DNA of 64,000 nucleotides from Neocallimastix sp. 'constans' (Eukaryota): NCBI GenBank assembly GCA_050613775.1, contig JBODTK010000119.1, positions 186,001 to 250,000 of the forward strand, read 5' to 3'. Shown piece by piece: positions 10,511 to 23,758 of this stretch (position 1 is its first letter; each line of letters starts with the position of its first letter). The notes under the pieces were generated by a model. It saw only the letters and a program-made list of their open reading frames with translations, ran no database searches and was not told where the DNA came from. The position numbers and the translations under genes were made by a program.

Positions 10511-13500
10511 TTATTTAATGTTAGCCTTAACCATAGTAGAAGCCTTAATAACACCCTTATCAGTTCTGAATGGAACATCTTTCCATGTAGCAACTAAATC
10601 ATCATTAGTAGTGAAATCAACTTGTAATGCCTCAAAAACCTTCTTCTTTGGATTAAGTTGTTTGTCTGGTTCACCTTCGAAACCTTCAAAGTAAACTTTA
10701 TCACCTGGTTGACTACCTTCTGGTGGAACTAAAAGTTCAACCTTTGTATGTTCGGCGTTAGAAGCACATAAAACCATAGCGAAAGATTTAATACCTCTCA
10801 TAGCAACTGGCTTTAAGTTCTTAAGAACAACAACATTCTTTTGATTAATATCATCTTCCTTAAGGAAATTAACTAAACCACTGACAACTTCACGAACATC
10901 ACCATTACCTAAATCAATCTTTTCAACGTATAAAGAATCAGCATTTGGATGACGCTTAACTTCTAAAACCTTACCAATACCAATATCTAAACGAGAAATT
11001 GTAATTTCTTCAACCTTAGCCTTTGGTGGTTCCTTTTTAGCCTTCTTTTCCTTCTTTTCTTTTCTAGCCTTTTTCTTATCTTCAACAGAGGTTTCAGCAA
11101 CTTCAGCTGGTGCTGGAGCTTCTTGAGCTGGTGCATTTCTCTTTTGAGAAGCAGTTAATGGTAAATCAACTTTAACGTTATCACCATAGATGGACTTAAC
11201 CTTGTACATCTTAGTTTCAGTATCAATTTCTGGAACTTCACCATAGACTGTTTTAACTTCATACATACCCTTAACACCATTGGCATTAGCAGTAGCCTTT
11301 GGAGCAGCCTTTTCTTTTTTTTCTTTCTTGGCAGCTTTCTTGTCCTTCTTGTCTTTCTTTTCTTTTTTCTCGTTTTTTTGAGCACCAGAATCAGCCTTAG
11401 AAGCCATCTTTCCAGCCTTACCATCTGGAATAGAAATAATATCCATGGAGGTACCGTCATAAGCCTTATCAACAATGTAATAACCCTTACGTTCAATTTG
11501 AATGATATCACCCTTCTTTAATGAAGCCATGTTAATATCACCAACAGCAGCCTTCTTGAATTCAGTAACTGGAGTAATGAAGTCCTTGACTTCATCATCT
11601 TCTTCTAACTTACGCTTAGTGATAAGGTAATCATAATCTAATAAAGTAACATCAACGACACTCTTGTCACCATTAGCAGCAATTCTAGATAACCAAGTAA
11701 CCTTCTTCTTAGTCTTCTTGAAATCACCATCAAGATGTAAGACGATATCCATGGAATCAACAGCAGTATGGTCAGCATTCCAGTTAATCTTCTTAACAAT
11801 TGCATTACCCCAATCCATTAAAGTGAATTCCTCATTATCTTGTAATTCAGCAACATCAGCGAATTCTAAGTAAATCTTGTTAGAATAATTGACAGTCTTA
11901 GTACCAACATCTGGATTCTTCTTGTGTCTTGGAATTTCTTTTGTGGATGGAGCAAAATCATCTAAAATGTTAACTTCAACAAGCTTTTCCTTTTCTAAAG
12001 CAGCATATCTTGGTGCAACTGGATCAATAACCTTCTTGTTAATAGCCCACAACTTATCCCATTCAAGCATAAGATCCTTTTGTGAGGCACCTTGCATTAA
12101 AATGTAATTACGTAAGGCTTCAATAGTCATACCACGTCTACGAATACCTCTGATAGTTGGGAAACGTGGATCATCCCATCCAGTAACAAGACCTTGATCA
12201 ACAAACCATTGAAGCTTACGCTTAGATAATAAAGTGTAAACAAAGTTCATACGACTGTAATCCCAAATGTGAACCCATCTGAGATTAAGATTCTTTAAGA
12301 ACCATTCATATTGTGGGTTACGGTCACGGTATTCAATGGTACGTAAAGCGTGAGTAACACCTTCAATACTGTCAACAATTGGACAAGCAAAATCGTAAGT
12401 TGGGTAAATCTTCCACTTGTCACCAGTTTGGTGATGTGGAAGAAGGTTACAACGATAGATAACAGGATCACGAAGAGCCTTATTCTTGTTGTCTACACTA
12501 ATCTTAGCACGTAAACAGCACTTTAAACCAAATTCAGTACCGTTCTTCATTTCTTCGAAACGTCTTAAGTTTTCTTCAACTGGAAGATCTCTGCACTTAG
12601 ATGGAATACCTTCACCTCTTTGATGTCTCATAGTTTCACGATCAGTATCATCAACATAAGCCTTACCATCCTTAATAATTTGAATAGCATAGTTATAGAT
12701 AGTATCGAAATGATCGGAAGTGTGAGTACAGACATCACCTTCAATACCAATTAACTTTAAATCTTCCTTGATACTTTCTTCGAATTCTTCCTTTTCCTTA
12801 CTTGGGTTAGTATCATCAAAACGAACAATTAATTTACCATTGTAATGTTTAGCAAAGTATTGATTTAATAAAGCAGCTTTGGCATGACCAACGTGAAGAT
12901 AACCACTTGGTTCTGGTGGGAAACGAGTACAAACTTTACCCATTTCAGCATCCTTAAGACCAATATCAAAGGATCCTTGATCCTTCTTAACCTTAGTTGA
13001 TTCAACATATTTGTTTAAAGCATCAACAGCTGCTTGAACATAGCTTAATGAACCAACAAAATTAAACCAACGAGTTAAATTGTCACCAATATCACCATTC
13101 TTTAAGTTCTTGCCAAAAATAGCATTACCTTTAATTATTATAAATTATTATTTAATAATGACATGAATTTAATGAACTTTGAATCAATATTTAAAACTAT
13201 ATTAAAAAATAATAATAATAATAATAATAATAATATAATCATTTAATTCATATAAAAATATACATACTCTTTAAAGCACCCCAAATAAATAAATCGGCTA
13301 AAGTAATGTGATAACCAGAAATAAAGGAACGAAGAGCTAAATGATTTTCTAATTTATCAAAAGTGTTCATCAAAGATTTGAAATCTTTACCAAGAAGACT
13401 ATCTTGAACAATATCTAACCAGTAATCAATCTTTTAAAAAAAAAATCAATAAAATAAAAATTTCATTAATTATTAGTAAAATTATTACCATATAAATACT

Positions 13501-13884
13501 CATAAATTGTTGTGAATTACATTGCTTAATAACAAATATCAATTTTAAAACTTATTTGATAAAGTATTAATATATAAATATATATTTATATAACTTACTT
13601 CAGAAGCCTTAGCTGGGTCAGTATTATAAGCATCAATATTTGAAATACGACATAAAGCACGAGTAACATGATTGATACCTTTGAATTCAGTACTTTTTAT
13701 TTTATTTTACAAAAATATCATTTTATAAAAAAAAATTTAATAAATTTATAATTTTTAAATAAATATTTATCATATATATAATTTATTTTTATATTTACCC
13801 ATCAACATTTAAAACAACATTTTCTTTTTGATCTTTTGAAAAAGTAACATTAATTTTATTAGCAAAGCAAACGACCAAAGGTCC

Positions 13885-13915
<31 letters not shown>

Positions 13916-14095
13916 TTTAAAAATTTTAAAATAATTTTATTATTATTAAATATTAAATCTTCATCTTAAATATTATATATTTTATAATAAATATTTTATA
14001 ATAAATATTTTATATTAAATATTTTATAATTACCATAAGCTGGATTTTTGACTAAAAAACTAGCAGAAGCCTATTATAAATTCAAATGTAAATAT

Positions 14096-14131
<36 letters not shown>

Positions 14132-14264
14132 TATTTTATATCATTTTATTATTTTTTAAATTTAAATTATAATTATTCCTAAAACATTTTTTTGTTTTGT
14201 TCCTAATATCATTAATATTATACTTATTATTAATATTAATATTAATAATAGGTAAAAAATTATA

Positions 14265-14321
<57 letters not shown>

Positions 14322-14576
14322 TAAATTGTCGAAAAAATATTTTAATAAAATATAATGAAAAATGAGTCATGATATAAATAAATAATATACTTTTTTAAAA
14401 TACTATATTTATACTTTTATTTTTGAAATTATTTTTTAAAAAAAAAATAAAATAACTAAAAGTATATTATATTATATTATATATAATACATTAATTGTTT
14501 TGATTCTATTGAATTTAAATTTCAAAATACATTATATTCCCATCTCAAATAACTTTTCTTTATTATTAATTACCAT
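10511..14576 (-). CDS. GUS1: Cytosolic glutamyl-tRNA synthetase with N-terminal GST-like domain and C-terminal EMAP-II/Arc1p-like tRNA-binding domain
   Basis: Exons: 14576-14574 (ATG only), 14070-14034, 13883-13799, 13692-13599, 13430-13268, 13128-10511, all GT-AG and in frame. Motifs: TRFPPEPSGYLHVGHAK (HIGH-type), YPTYDFACP, LLSKRKL, WDDPRFPT, QIERKGYY. The C-terminus has HPNADSLYVEKIDLG...VSGL...NLKPVAMRGIKSFAMVLCA. Confidence 0.97.
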
Positions 14577-14704
14577 TTCTTAAAGTTATATATTATCAAA
14601 TTATTTTGATTAATTGATAAATTCAAACTAATTAAAAAAAATTTTTTATTACTAAAATTACCTTTTAATACACAAAAAAAAATCTTTAAATTTTAAAAAA
14701 TTAC

Positions 14705-14713
14705 AGCCAATCA
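14705..14713 (+). promoter_or_regulatory. CCAAT-box-like element upstream of GluRS
   Basis: AGCCAATCA about 130 bp upstream of the ATG in very GC-poor DNA. A similar TAGCCAAT (minus strand, 25351-25358) precedes UTP15. Confidence 0.4.
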
Positions 14714-15109
14714 TTTCAATTCCCAATAATTATATAAAAAATTATATATATATATATATATTTTTTTTATTTAATAAAATAATATGTAGCATCTTTAATT
14801 TATTTTTATATACATTTTTAATAATTTGTAAATTTTTTATTGAAAATACAAATTAATTTTATAAATATATCTCAATATTCTATGTAATTTTTTTTGTTTT
14901 TTTACAGATATAAAAATATATTAATTCTTAACAATCTTTACAAATTATATTAAAATAGTAAATTTTTAAATATATAATACATATTTAAATTATAAAAATT
15001 GGCATTTATTATTTATTATCTATTTTTCATTTTTTAATTTTTAAAATAATGAAATAAATAATAAAATAAGTATTAATAATATCCTAATAATGTTAAATAA
15101 TTTAAACTA

Positions 15110-15523
15110 TTAATCATTATTTATTATATACTTTAAAGTACAATAGCAACCAGATTTATTATTTATAGAGTCTTTTATAATCATGGTTAAATGATCTTTA
15201 TTATAAATAACTTTTGTTTCATCATCTTCATATAAACCATTTTTTGGATTTAATTTTACTTTGAAAGATGCACAATCATAATCATCACTCTCAATAGTTT
15301 CTGATACTGGAGTAAATCCCAAATAATTTTTTTCATTGGTATCTGTTATATAATTCTGAGCGCAAGCAATAACGTCTTTTGCTAAACCATCTAAAAAGTT
15401 ATCACATTCAGTACATGAATAATCAATACATTTTAATTTAGAATTTAAAATTTGATTTTGTAATGGAATAGCATATATTGAAAGTATTATACTCAAAATT
15501 AAAATTATGATATATTTTATCAT
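15110..15523 (-). CDS. Small secreted cysteine-rich protein (137 aa), unknown function
   Basis: Single-exon ORF with an N-terminal signal-peptide-like sequence (MIKYIIILILSIILSIYA), 7 Cys and normal complexity. Confidence 0.8.
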   Translation of the reverse strand: MIKYIIILILSIILSIYAIPLQNQILNSKLKCIDYSCTECDNFLDGLAKDVIACAQNYITDTNEKNYLGFTPVSETIESDDYDCASFKVKLNPKNGLYEDDETKVIYNKDHLTMIIKDSINNKSGCYCTLKYIINND

Positions 15524-16285
15524 ATTGTTATAATAATGATTTATTTCCGATATAATAATCTAAATAATTGAAAAACTTTTGATATATTAACAAAAGAATT
15601 ACAAAAATTATAATTTTCAATATATTGTTTATTATTCTAATTTATAATATTTTTTACTTAATATATATACAATATTGTGAAGAGAATAATAACAAACAAA
15701 AAAAAAAGAAAAAAGAAAAAAAATAATTAAATTAAAATATTAAAAATTAGAAAATAAATATATATTTATGAAATGTTTAAGAAAAAATTTTTTGAATTTG
15801 TATAATGTCCTGTTATAAAGAATATTTTGATTAAATGAATGTTTCAAATTAGTTTTATTGGAAATTCATATCATTAATGAGATGAATTTTGGTTAATTAA
15901 TGATAATTAAACTAATTAGTAAATTTTATTTGACTATTTCACCTGAAAATACGTTAATTACATTAAAAATATGTATCATTATAAATATAAAATACAATAG
16001 AAACATTTTTTTAATAACTTTAATTATTATAAATTATAGTATTTAATTTATTTTTATTTTAATTCTTTTATTTTTTATTTAATAAAATTTATGAATAATT
16101 TATAGTTATTTTTTCCAATAATTTTTGAAGTAGAACATATTATCAATAAAGTTAGTATTTAATATAGACTTTACTAATTTATATAAAAGTTAAATAGAAA
16201 TTTAAAATATTATATCAAAACATTAAATAAAAAGAAGAAGATAATTATTAAATAAATAAATAAATAATAAATAAGTAAATAATAA

Positions 16286-16526
16286 TTTTTTTTTAAACTG
16301 GGATTAACACGAGGGGAGGACAATAGGGCTCTCTCCCTTAAGCGCATCAGACTCTTATTAGATTCTTTTAGATTCTTTGCCATACCATTTTGATGTCGAT
16401 GGGGACCTCTAAGTAAGGCTAATGTGAAAAACAATTCCTATATACTGTTTTATACGACAGAATTCTCTTCAGTAATCTTGAACCATAATCAAGAGAGAAA
16501 TAATTACACTAATTTTCTCACTGCTA
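16286..16526 (-). mobile_element. SINE-like or non-LTR 3'-tail repeat, copy 2
   Basis: Shares blocks with copy 1 (CTGGRATTAA, TAGATTMTTTGCCATA, GTCGATG, CTCTAAGYAAGGCTAATRTGAAARACA, TGAACCAT, TACACTAA). It has a short poly(A) on the minus strand and a possible low-complexity TSD TAAATAATAA (16276-16285 / 16527-16536). Confidence 0.55.
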
Positions 16527-18587
16527 TAAATAATAAATTAGTAAATAATAAATAAAGAGATAAAGAGATAAATATCAAATAAATAAGAAAAAAAATAATA
16601 AATATATAAATAAATAATTAGAAAAATAAAATAATGTTTCTTTATTTAAAAATTTTAAATTCAAAATATCCACCAAAATTTTAAATTATTAATATTAAAG
16701 TTTATATTATTATTATTACAATTATTATAATTATTATTATTATTATTATTATTATTACAATTATAATAATTTTTATAATTATTATTATTATTTAATAATT
16801 ATTATAATTATTATTATTATAATTATTATTATTTTAATTATTATTATTTTAATTATTATTATTTGTTTATTATTAAAATTATTATTTAATAATTATTATA
16901 ATTATTATAATTATTATTGTATAAAACTTTTTATTCTGTGATAAATTGTTAATTGGTTTTTGTTATAGGACTTTTAGGATATGAAATGGGTGACTTTTTT
17001 TTTTATTAGTACTTTATAAAAGTTTCCAAATTTTAAAATTGCTTAATTATATATATATTTTATTTTTAATTTAATCCCTATATTCCTCTTTATATCAATC
17101 TTCTTTTATTATCATTATTATTATTATTATTATTATTTATCTTCTTTTATAATTTGGCTACTCTTTAATTAACCTTAATTATTATTTCTTCTAATAATTT
17201 TATTTTTTTATATTATTTTATTAATATATATATATGTTTTTTTTTTTTTTTTTTCAAATATTTTAAAAATGAAAAAAAAAATATTTTAATATTTTTTGAA
17301 TATAAAATTATTATTTATATAATAGAATTTATAACATAAAAAAAATTAAAAATATTGTATTTTTTTTTAATATTTAATAAATTTATATCTATATTTTAAT
17401 TTGTTTTATATTATATATTAAATAAGACATGTAACAATAGCTTGACTATATACATTTTTGAAAATGTATCAATAATGTAATACAATTTGTTATTATTTAT
17501 GAAATTAAATAATGATTTATAATAAATGAAAAATAATATAAATTGATATTAAATCAAAACATTAGAATTGATTAATAATATATGGGTAATATATTTTAAA
17601 ATATAAATATATTTATATATTTTTCTATGGTAAAAATATACATTATTATATATAAACTTTTTATAAAAATATATATTTAAAAATAAATATTACTTTTCAA
17701 CACTATTTGTATTTATTATTAAAATGTCAATTGAAATATCATTTTATATTTTTTCAAATAAATATTAATATCTTAACACAATATAAATAAACTTTTAATG
17801 AATATTTATATCTATTTTTTTCTTTTTAATTTTTTATTGAAAAATAAAATTTATGAAAAAGTCCATATTTTTAAATTATAAATATCTAAATAACAATATA
17901 TTAGAATATATGCAAGAATTGTAGGTTTATATAAAATAATACTAATATACTATTATACTAATATTACATACATAAACTTTAAATATATATATTTGTTAAT
18001 AATAAACAATATTAATTAATAATATTGAAACAAATAAAAAAAATTTTTTCATGTTATAATGTAAAAATACATTAAACGAAAACTTTACACCCAAAAAATA
18101 AAAAAAAATAATAATAATAACAAAAAAAAAATAACAAAAAAAAAAAAAATAACAAAAAAAAAAAAAATAAAATAATAATAATAATAATAATTATAATGAT
18201 AATAAATAAATAATAATAATAATTATTATTAATAATCATAGAGTCAAATAAGAATATATAATAATCTATTAATTTAATAATAGTAATAAAAGTGTAATAT
18301 TTTAAATAATATTTATAAATCAAAGTAAATAACATAAATATATTTTCGAAAGTGAATTAATGTTTTTTTTTTTTAATAAATTATTTAGTAAATTATATAA
18401 ATGAATTTTTAAAAAGTTAGATAATAATAGTTGTATATATTAATTTTTTTTTTATTATTTCATAAATATTATTTATTAATTATATTAATTTATTAAAATA
18501 ATTTTGTTACAATAAATAAATTAATAAATAAATAGATAAATAATATTAAAAAGATACAAGTCGTAACATAAAAAAATTTATTAATTA

Positions 18588-20181
18588 ATGTCGTCAAGTC
18601 TATTAAATTATTCAGAAAAGTACTCTCTACCCGAGTATAATTATAAATCACATCCAACATCAAGTTACGATTCACAATCATTTAAAAAGACATCACTACA
18701 TTATTGTAAAAAAACAATCGTTTGGATTTTTTCATTAAAGCCAAGAATATTGAACCGTTCAAAATTTGGAGTTGCCTTTGGATACTTCTTTTACGTTTTT
18801 AAAATAATATTGGTAATGTATTTCATATTTTCAAAATTAGGTTTTTTAGGTAACAGCAATAAAAACAAGGCTGCTACCTCAAATATAGGACCTAATCCAG
18901 AACCTCCAGAAAATAAAAAAAATATTATTCAAAAAATATTTACAACTACAGCAGTACCACAAGATACCTACGGTGGCCATCCACCAAGAAATATGTCAAG
19001 AGTATACGCTCATGTAAATGAAAAAATGCCAAGGGAATATTGGGATTGGGAAAGTACAACTCTTCAATTTAGGTAAAAATGATAAATATATGTTCATATA
19101 TTATATTTTTTAAAATTCATATATAATATTAACTTAATATATAAATTTTAAATCACACACTTATTATATTAATAAAATTTAAAATATATTTATATTTTAA
19201 ATGAAAAATAAATGTTAACGAATAATATTATAAATATAAAAGTGATAATTCTAAATATATTGTAGGTGAACCTGTTGGTAGAGGAAAATATTCTGATGTT
19301 TATAAATGTAAATCACCAGAATATGATTATCCTTTAGTTATGAAAGTCTTTAAACCAGAACGTACTAAGCGTATAAGAAGAGAAATTTTAATTTTAAAGA
19401 ATTTAAAAGGTGGACCAAATATTATTCCATTAATTGATGTCATTAAAGATAAAGAAGTAATTATATAATTTTTATTTTAATGTATATAATACAATACATG
19501 AAATAGTTATACAATAAAACTCGAATTTATAATAATAATAATTATAATATTAATAATTAAAATGAAATAAAGTTGAATAAAAATATTATGGAAATTATTT
19601 TTTTTCAAAAATAAAATAATTATAAATAATTAATATATATATCGGTTTAATTTCATTTGTTTTAACTGATATTAGAGAGGAAATCCAACTCTTGTTTTCC
19701 CATATATTGATAGTAATAATTGGAAAGAGGAATATCCAAAATTTAATCTTCGTCAAATTAAACGATTGATATATGAATTATTGAAAGCATTACAATATAG
19801 TCATTCAAAAGGTATTATGCATCGTGATGTTAAACCTCATAATGTATGTATTGATAAAAATACAAGAGAGGTTTGGCTTCTTGATTGGGGTCTTGCCGAA
19901 TTCTATCATGTTGGTGTTAAAAATAATGTAAGAGTTGCTTCAAGATATTATAAGGCTCCAGAACAATTAGTTAATTATCAGTTGTATGATTATTCTTTAG
20001 ATATGTGGAGTCTAGGTGTTGTTCTTGCTGGTTTGGTAATTAATTTAAATAAATAAATAAATAATATATATTAATATATGTTTAATAAAGTTTTTAAATT
20101 TCAAATTAACAAATTTTAATTTGTACATAATCTTCCTTATCAAATATATTTAAATATTATAAATATGATCAATAATAATTA

Positions 20182-20228
<47 letters not shown>

Positions 20229-20839
20229 TTTTTAGAAAAGAATTTTTCTTTAAAGGAGATAGTGATGAAGATCAACTTTTAAAAATTATGTCTGTATTAG
20301 GTACCGATGATCTTAATGATTATATTAACGACTATGAAATTAAATTAGATTCAAAGATTAGAAGACTTGTTGAAAGTTATGAGTAAGTGTATTAATTTAA
20401 TATATTTTAAATAAAATACAATAATAATAATAATAATAATAATAAAAAGTCTTAAACATAAATTTATATAGATAAATATTTTGTTTGTTATTATTATATA
20501 ATATTTTAATTATTAATAATATATTATATTATATATAAAACAGTTTCGAAAAGTTAGATTGGTCTATCTTTATTAATGAAAAAAATAAAGAATTAGCTAC
20601 TAAAGAAGCTGTAGATTTAGTAGATCATTTATTGAGATATGATCATCAAACAAGATTAACAGCAGAAGAAGCCATGGCCCATTCATTCTTCGGTAAGTTA
20701 ATATATAAATATAATTTATTATTATTAAATGTTGTTTATTTAATCAATTTAAATGAAATAAAATTTACTAATTTTTTTTAATTATTTATGTATTGTACAT
20801 TAAATATATATATTATTAGATGAAGTTCGTGATGCGTAA
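18588..20839 (+). CDS. Casein kinase 2 alpha-like protein kinase with N-terminal extension containing a predicted transmembrane helix
   Basis: Exons: 18588-19072, 19243-19456, 19676-20035, 20228-20382, 20544-20692, 20820-20839. CK2 motifs: [88 protein letters not shown]. Confidence 0.93.
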
Positions 20840-21854
20840 AATCATTGTCTAATGCAATAATAGTAATTCAAAAATAAAATAAAATAAAATAAAATAAAAT
20901 AAAATGAAAAATAAAAGTAAAAAATAAAATAAAATAAAATAAAAAATAAAAGTAAAAAATAGAATAAAAATTAAAAATAAAATATGATAAAATAAGACAA
21001 ATAAATTAATAAAATAGAAACTATTTTATTTAAGAATATTAAATTAAAAAAAAAATATATATATATATCGATAAATTATTAAAAAATAAAAATAAAATAA
21101 AATAAATAATATTAATTATAATAATATATAAATAAACATAAATAATTTAAAAAAAAAAAAAAAATAATAATTGATAACAATTAATAAAAATTAATAGAAA
21201 TCAACAACATTAATAGTATAAATGAAATTATTTTTAATACTATTGCTCAATTTTATTTTTTTATTTTAAAATCATTCAAAATAAAATTAACATTATTAAT
21301 TATATTTATAATTATTATTATTATGTTATAACTAAAATAGATAATATAATATGTATATATATATATATTATTTTATGATATTTTATTGTATTTTAATAAT
21401 ATTTAATAATTAAAATAAAAGAATTTTACATGAAATTTTAAATTAATAGAATTATAATATATATATATAGTAATTAAATAAAGATAACAATTTTTTTAAA
21501 TAAAAATAAATACGATAATAATTTGATTAAAACATATTTTACAAATAATTTTAGTATTTCTATTATCTAGCGAAAAAATAGTACTGTAATAAAAAAAAAA
21601 AAAAAAAAGGAAAAGATAAGAAAAGATAAGAAAAGATAAGAAAAATAAGAAAAATGAAATATAAATATAATAATTGAATAAGTTAATAAGTTTTTAATGA
21701 ATTTTAATAAATTGTTAAGATATAATAAATTAAATTAAAATAAATAATTTTTAGTTTGAAAAAATAAAAAAATATAAAAAGAAAAAAAAAAAAATAAAAG
21801 TAAAAATAAATTAAATTAAATAATAATAATAATAATAAGCATATATTACTATTA

Positions 21855-22866
21855 CTATTTTAGTTTTTGATCTTTAATCATATTTTCAGATTTAGTATTT
21901 TTTTCATCTTCTTCAGTTGTATTATTGATTTTTGTTTTTGGCTTTACACCTAAAGCTGTAGCAGAAGAGAATATCATTTCTAAAGCACCTAAAGTTTGAT
22001 ATATTTTTCTTTCGAATTTTAATTCAGAATGTACTTTATTTTGAATTTTTGAAAATAATTCATCAACTATTACAGATTGACCAATAACATGTATATACAT
22101 ATCTACGAAATAATTAATGTATTATCATAAAAAAATATATGAATAAAAAAATTAATATAAAATATATATATATATATTTATATATTTTTTAATTCTATAA
22201 ACATGAAATTGTTATTAAATTCTATACATCTGTCATATATATTTACTAAAATAATAAGATAATAATAATAATTATTATTACCTAAAATGACATTGGTAAC
22301 ATCGACTAATAATTCAGTGTAATTTGGATTAATAATATTTTTCATAATAAATTTTGTAATTGGTTCTAGACTGACATCATCACGACCAGAAAGGGCAATT
22401 CTTAAACCTTCTCTATTAATTAATTCTTCTAACATACTTATAACAACAGCAGTATTATGAGTCTAATATAAAATATATTATATATAATATATTAAAAATT
22501 AAAATAGTTTAAATATTGATAATAATAATATATATATATATTATATATTAATAACAATAATGATTAACAATATTATTATTAACTTTAAGTTTAAATATTA
22601 TATTTTAATCTATTTTGATTATAAAAAAAAAAAAAAAAAAAAATACAAACCTTTGATGAATCTAAAACAGCATCCAATGCTTGTCCATATCTGAAAGTCT
22701 TTAAGAAACGATCATAATTTTTAAGCTTAGTTCTCCTATTTTTTTCAACCTTTAAATCAGTCTATATAATATATAATAAAAATATATATATATATATTGA
22801 TTTTTCTGATATGATTAACGAAAATTTTACATGTACAGTCATTTAATACAAAGTATTTGATTTTAA

Positions 22867-22901
<35 letters not shown>

Positions 22902-23094
22902 TAAAACATACATGTTTTGGCTTGGTAGTAGCACCACGCATAAAGTAATTATAAGTACCTGGGAATGGAGCTGTATTTTCTTTTTCAAAAGCCATTTCTT
23001 CTGAGTGAACAATACGTTGACGAATTGACAATAAACCAGAAGCCATTCCAACAACAAGATGTGTATCATCTGGCTATAAAATAAAATGAAAGAA

Positions 23095-23176
<82 letters not shown>

Positions 23177-23709
23177 AAATAAAATAATATATATATATAT
23201 TAATGATATACATATATATTATTTTATATTAATTAATTATATAATACATACTGATAATCCTAAACTTAAAATTGGTGATTCATATTTTAAACTGTGTTCA
23301 ACATTAAAATTTTGAATATCATAAATTTTAACGTGATGATCTAAAGAACCAGTTAAAATTTTTGTACATGAATTATCAAATATAGCAGATGTAATTGTTT
23401 TTTGATGGTTAGATATAGTATGGAGAGTTCTTCCTCCAGCTAAAATATCCCAGATTTTCATGTAGTTTCCACCAACAGAAACAGCTAAACTACCACCTGG
23501 ATATAGTAAAACACTTTCAACTGGTGCACCATGATCAAATGTTAAAGTACATTTATTTTCTCTTGCATCCCATAATTTCACAGTATGATCATAAGAACCT
23601 TATAATAAATAATAAATATATAAATAAATAAAATAATGTAAAATAAAAAAGAAATAGAAATTGAGTTAAAATTGAAATAAAATAAAGAAGGAAAAGATAT
23701 ATATAATTT

Positions 23710-23758
<49 letters not shown>

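Noticed and set aside
11155..12107. ORFs overlapping GluRS, and similar ones within 34.5-45.1 kb
   Set aside because: They are alternate-frame or antisense by-products of biased codon usage.
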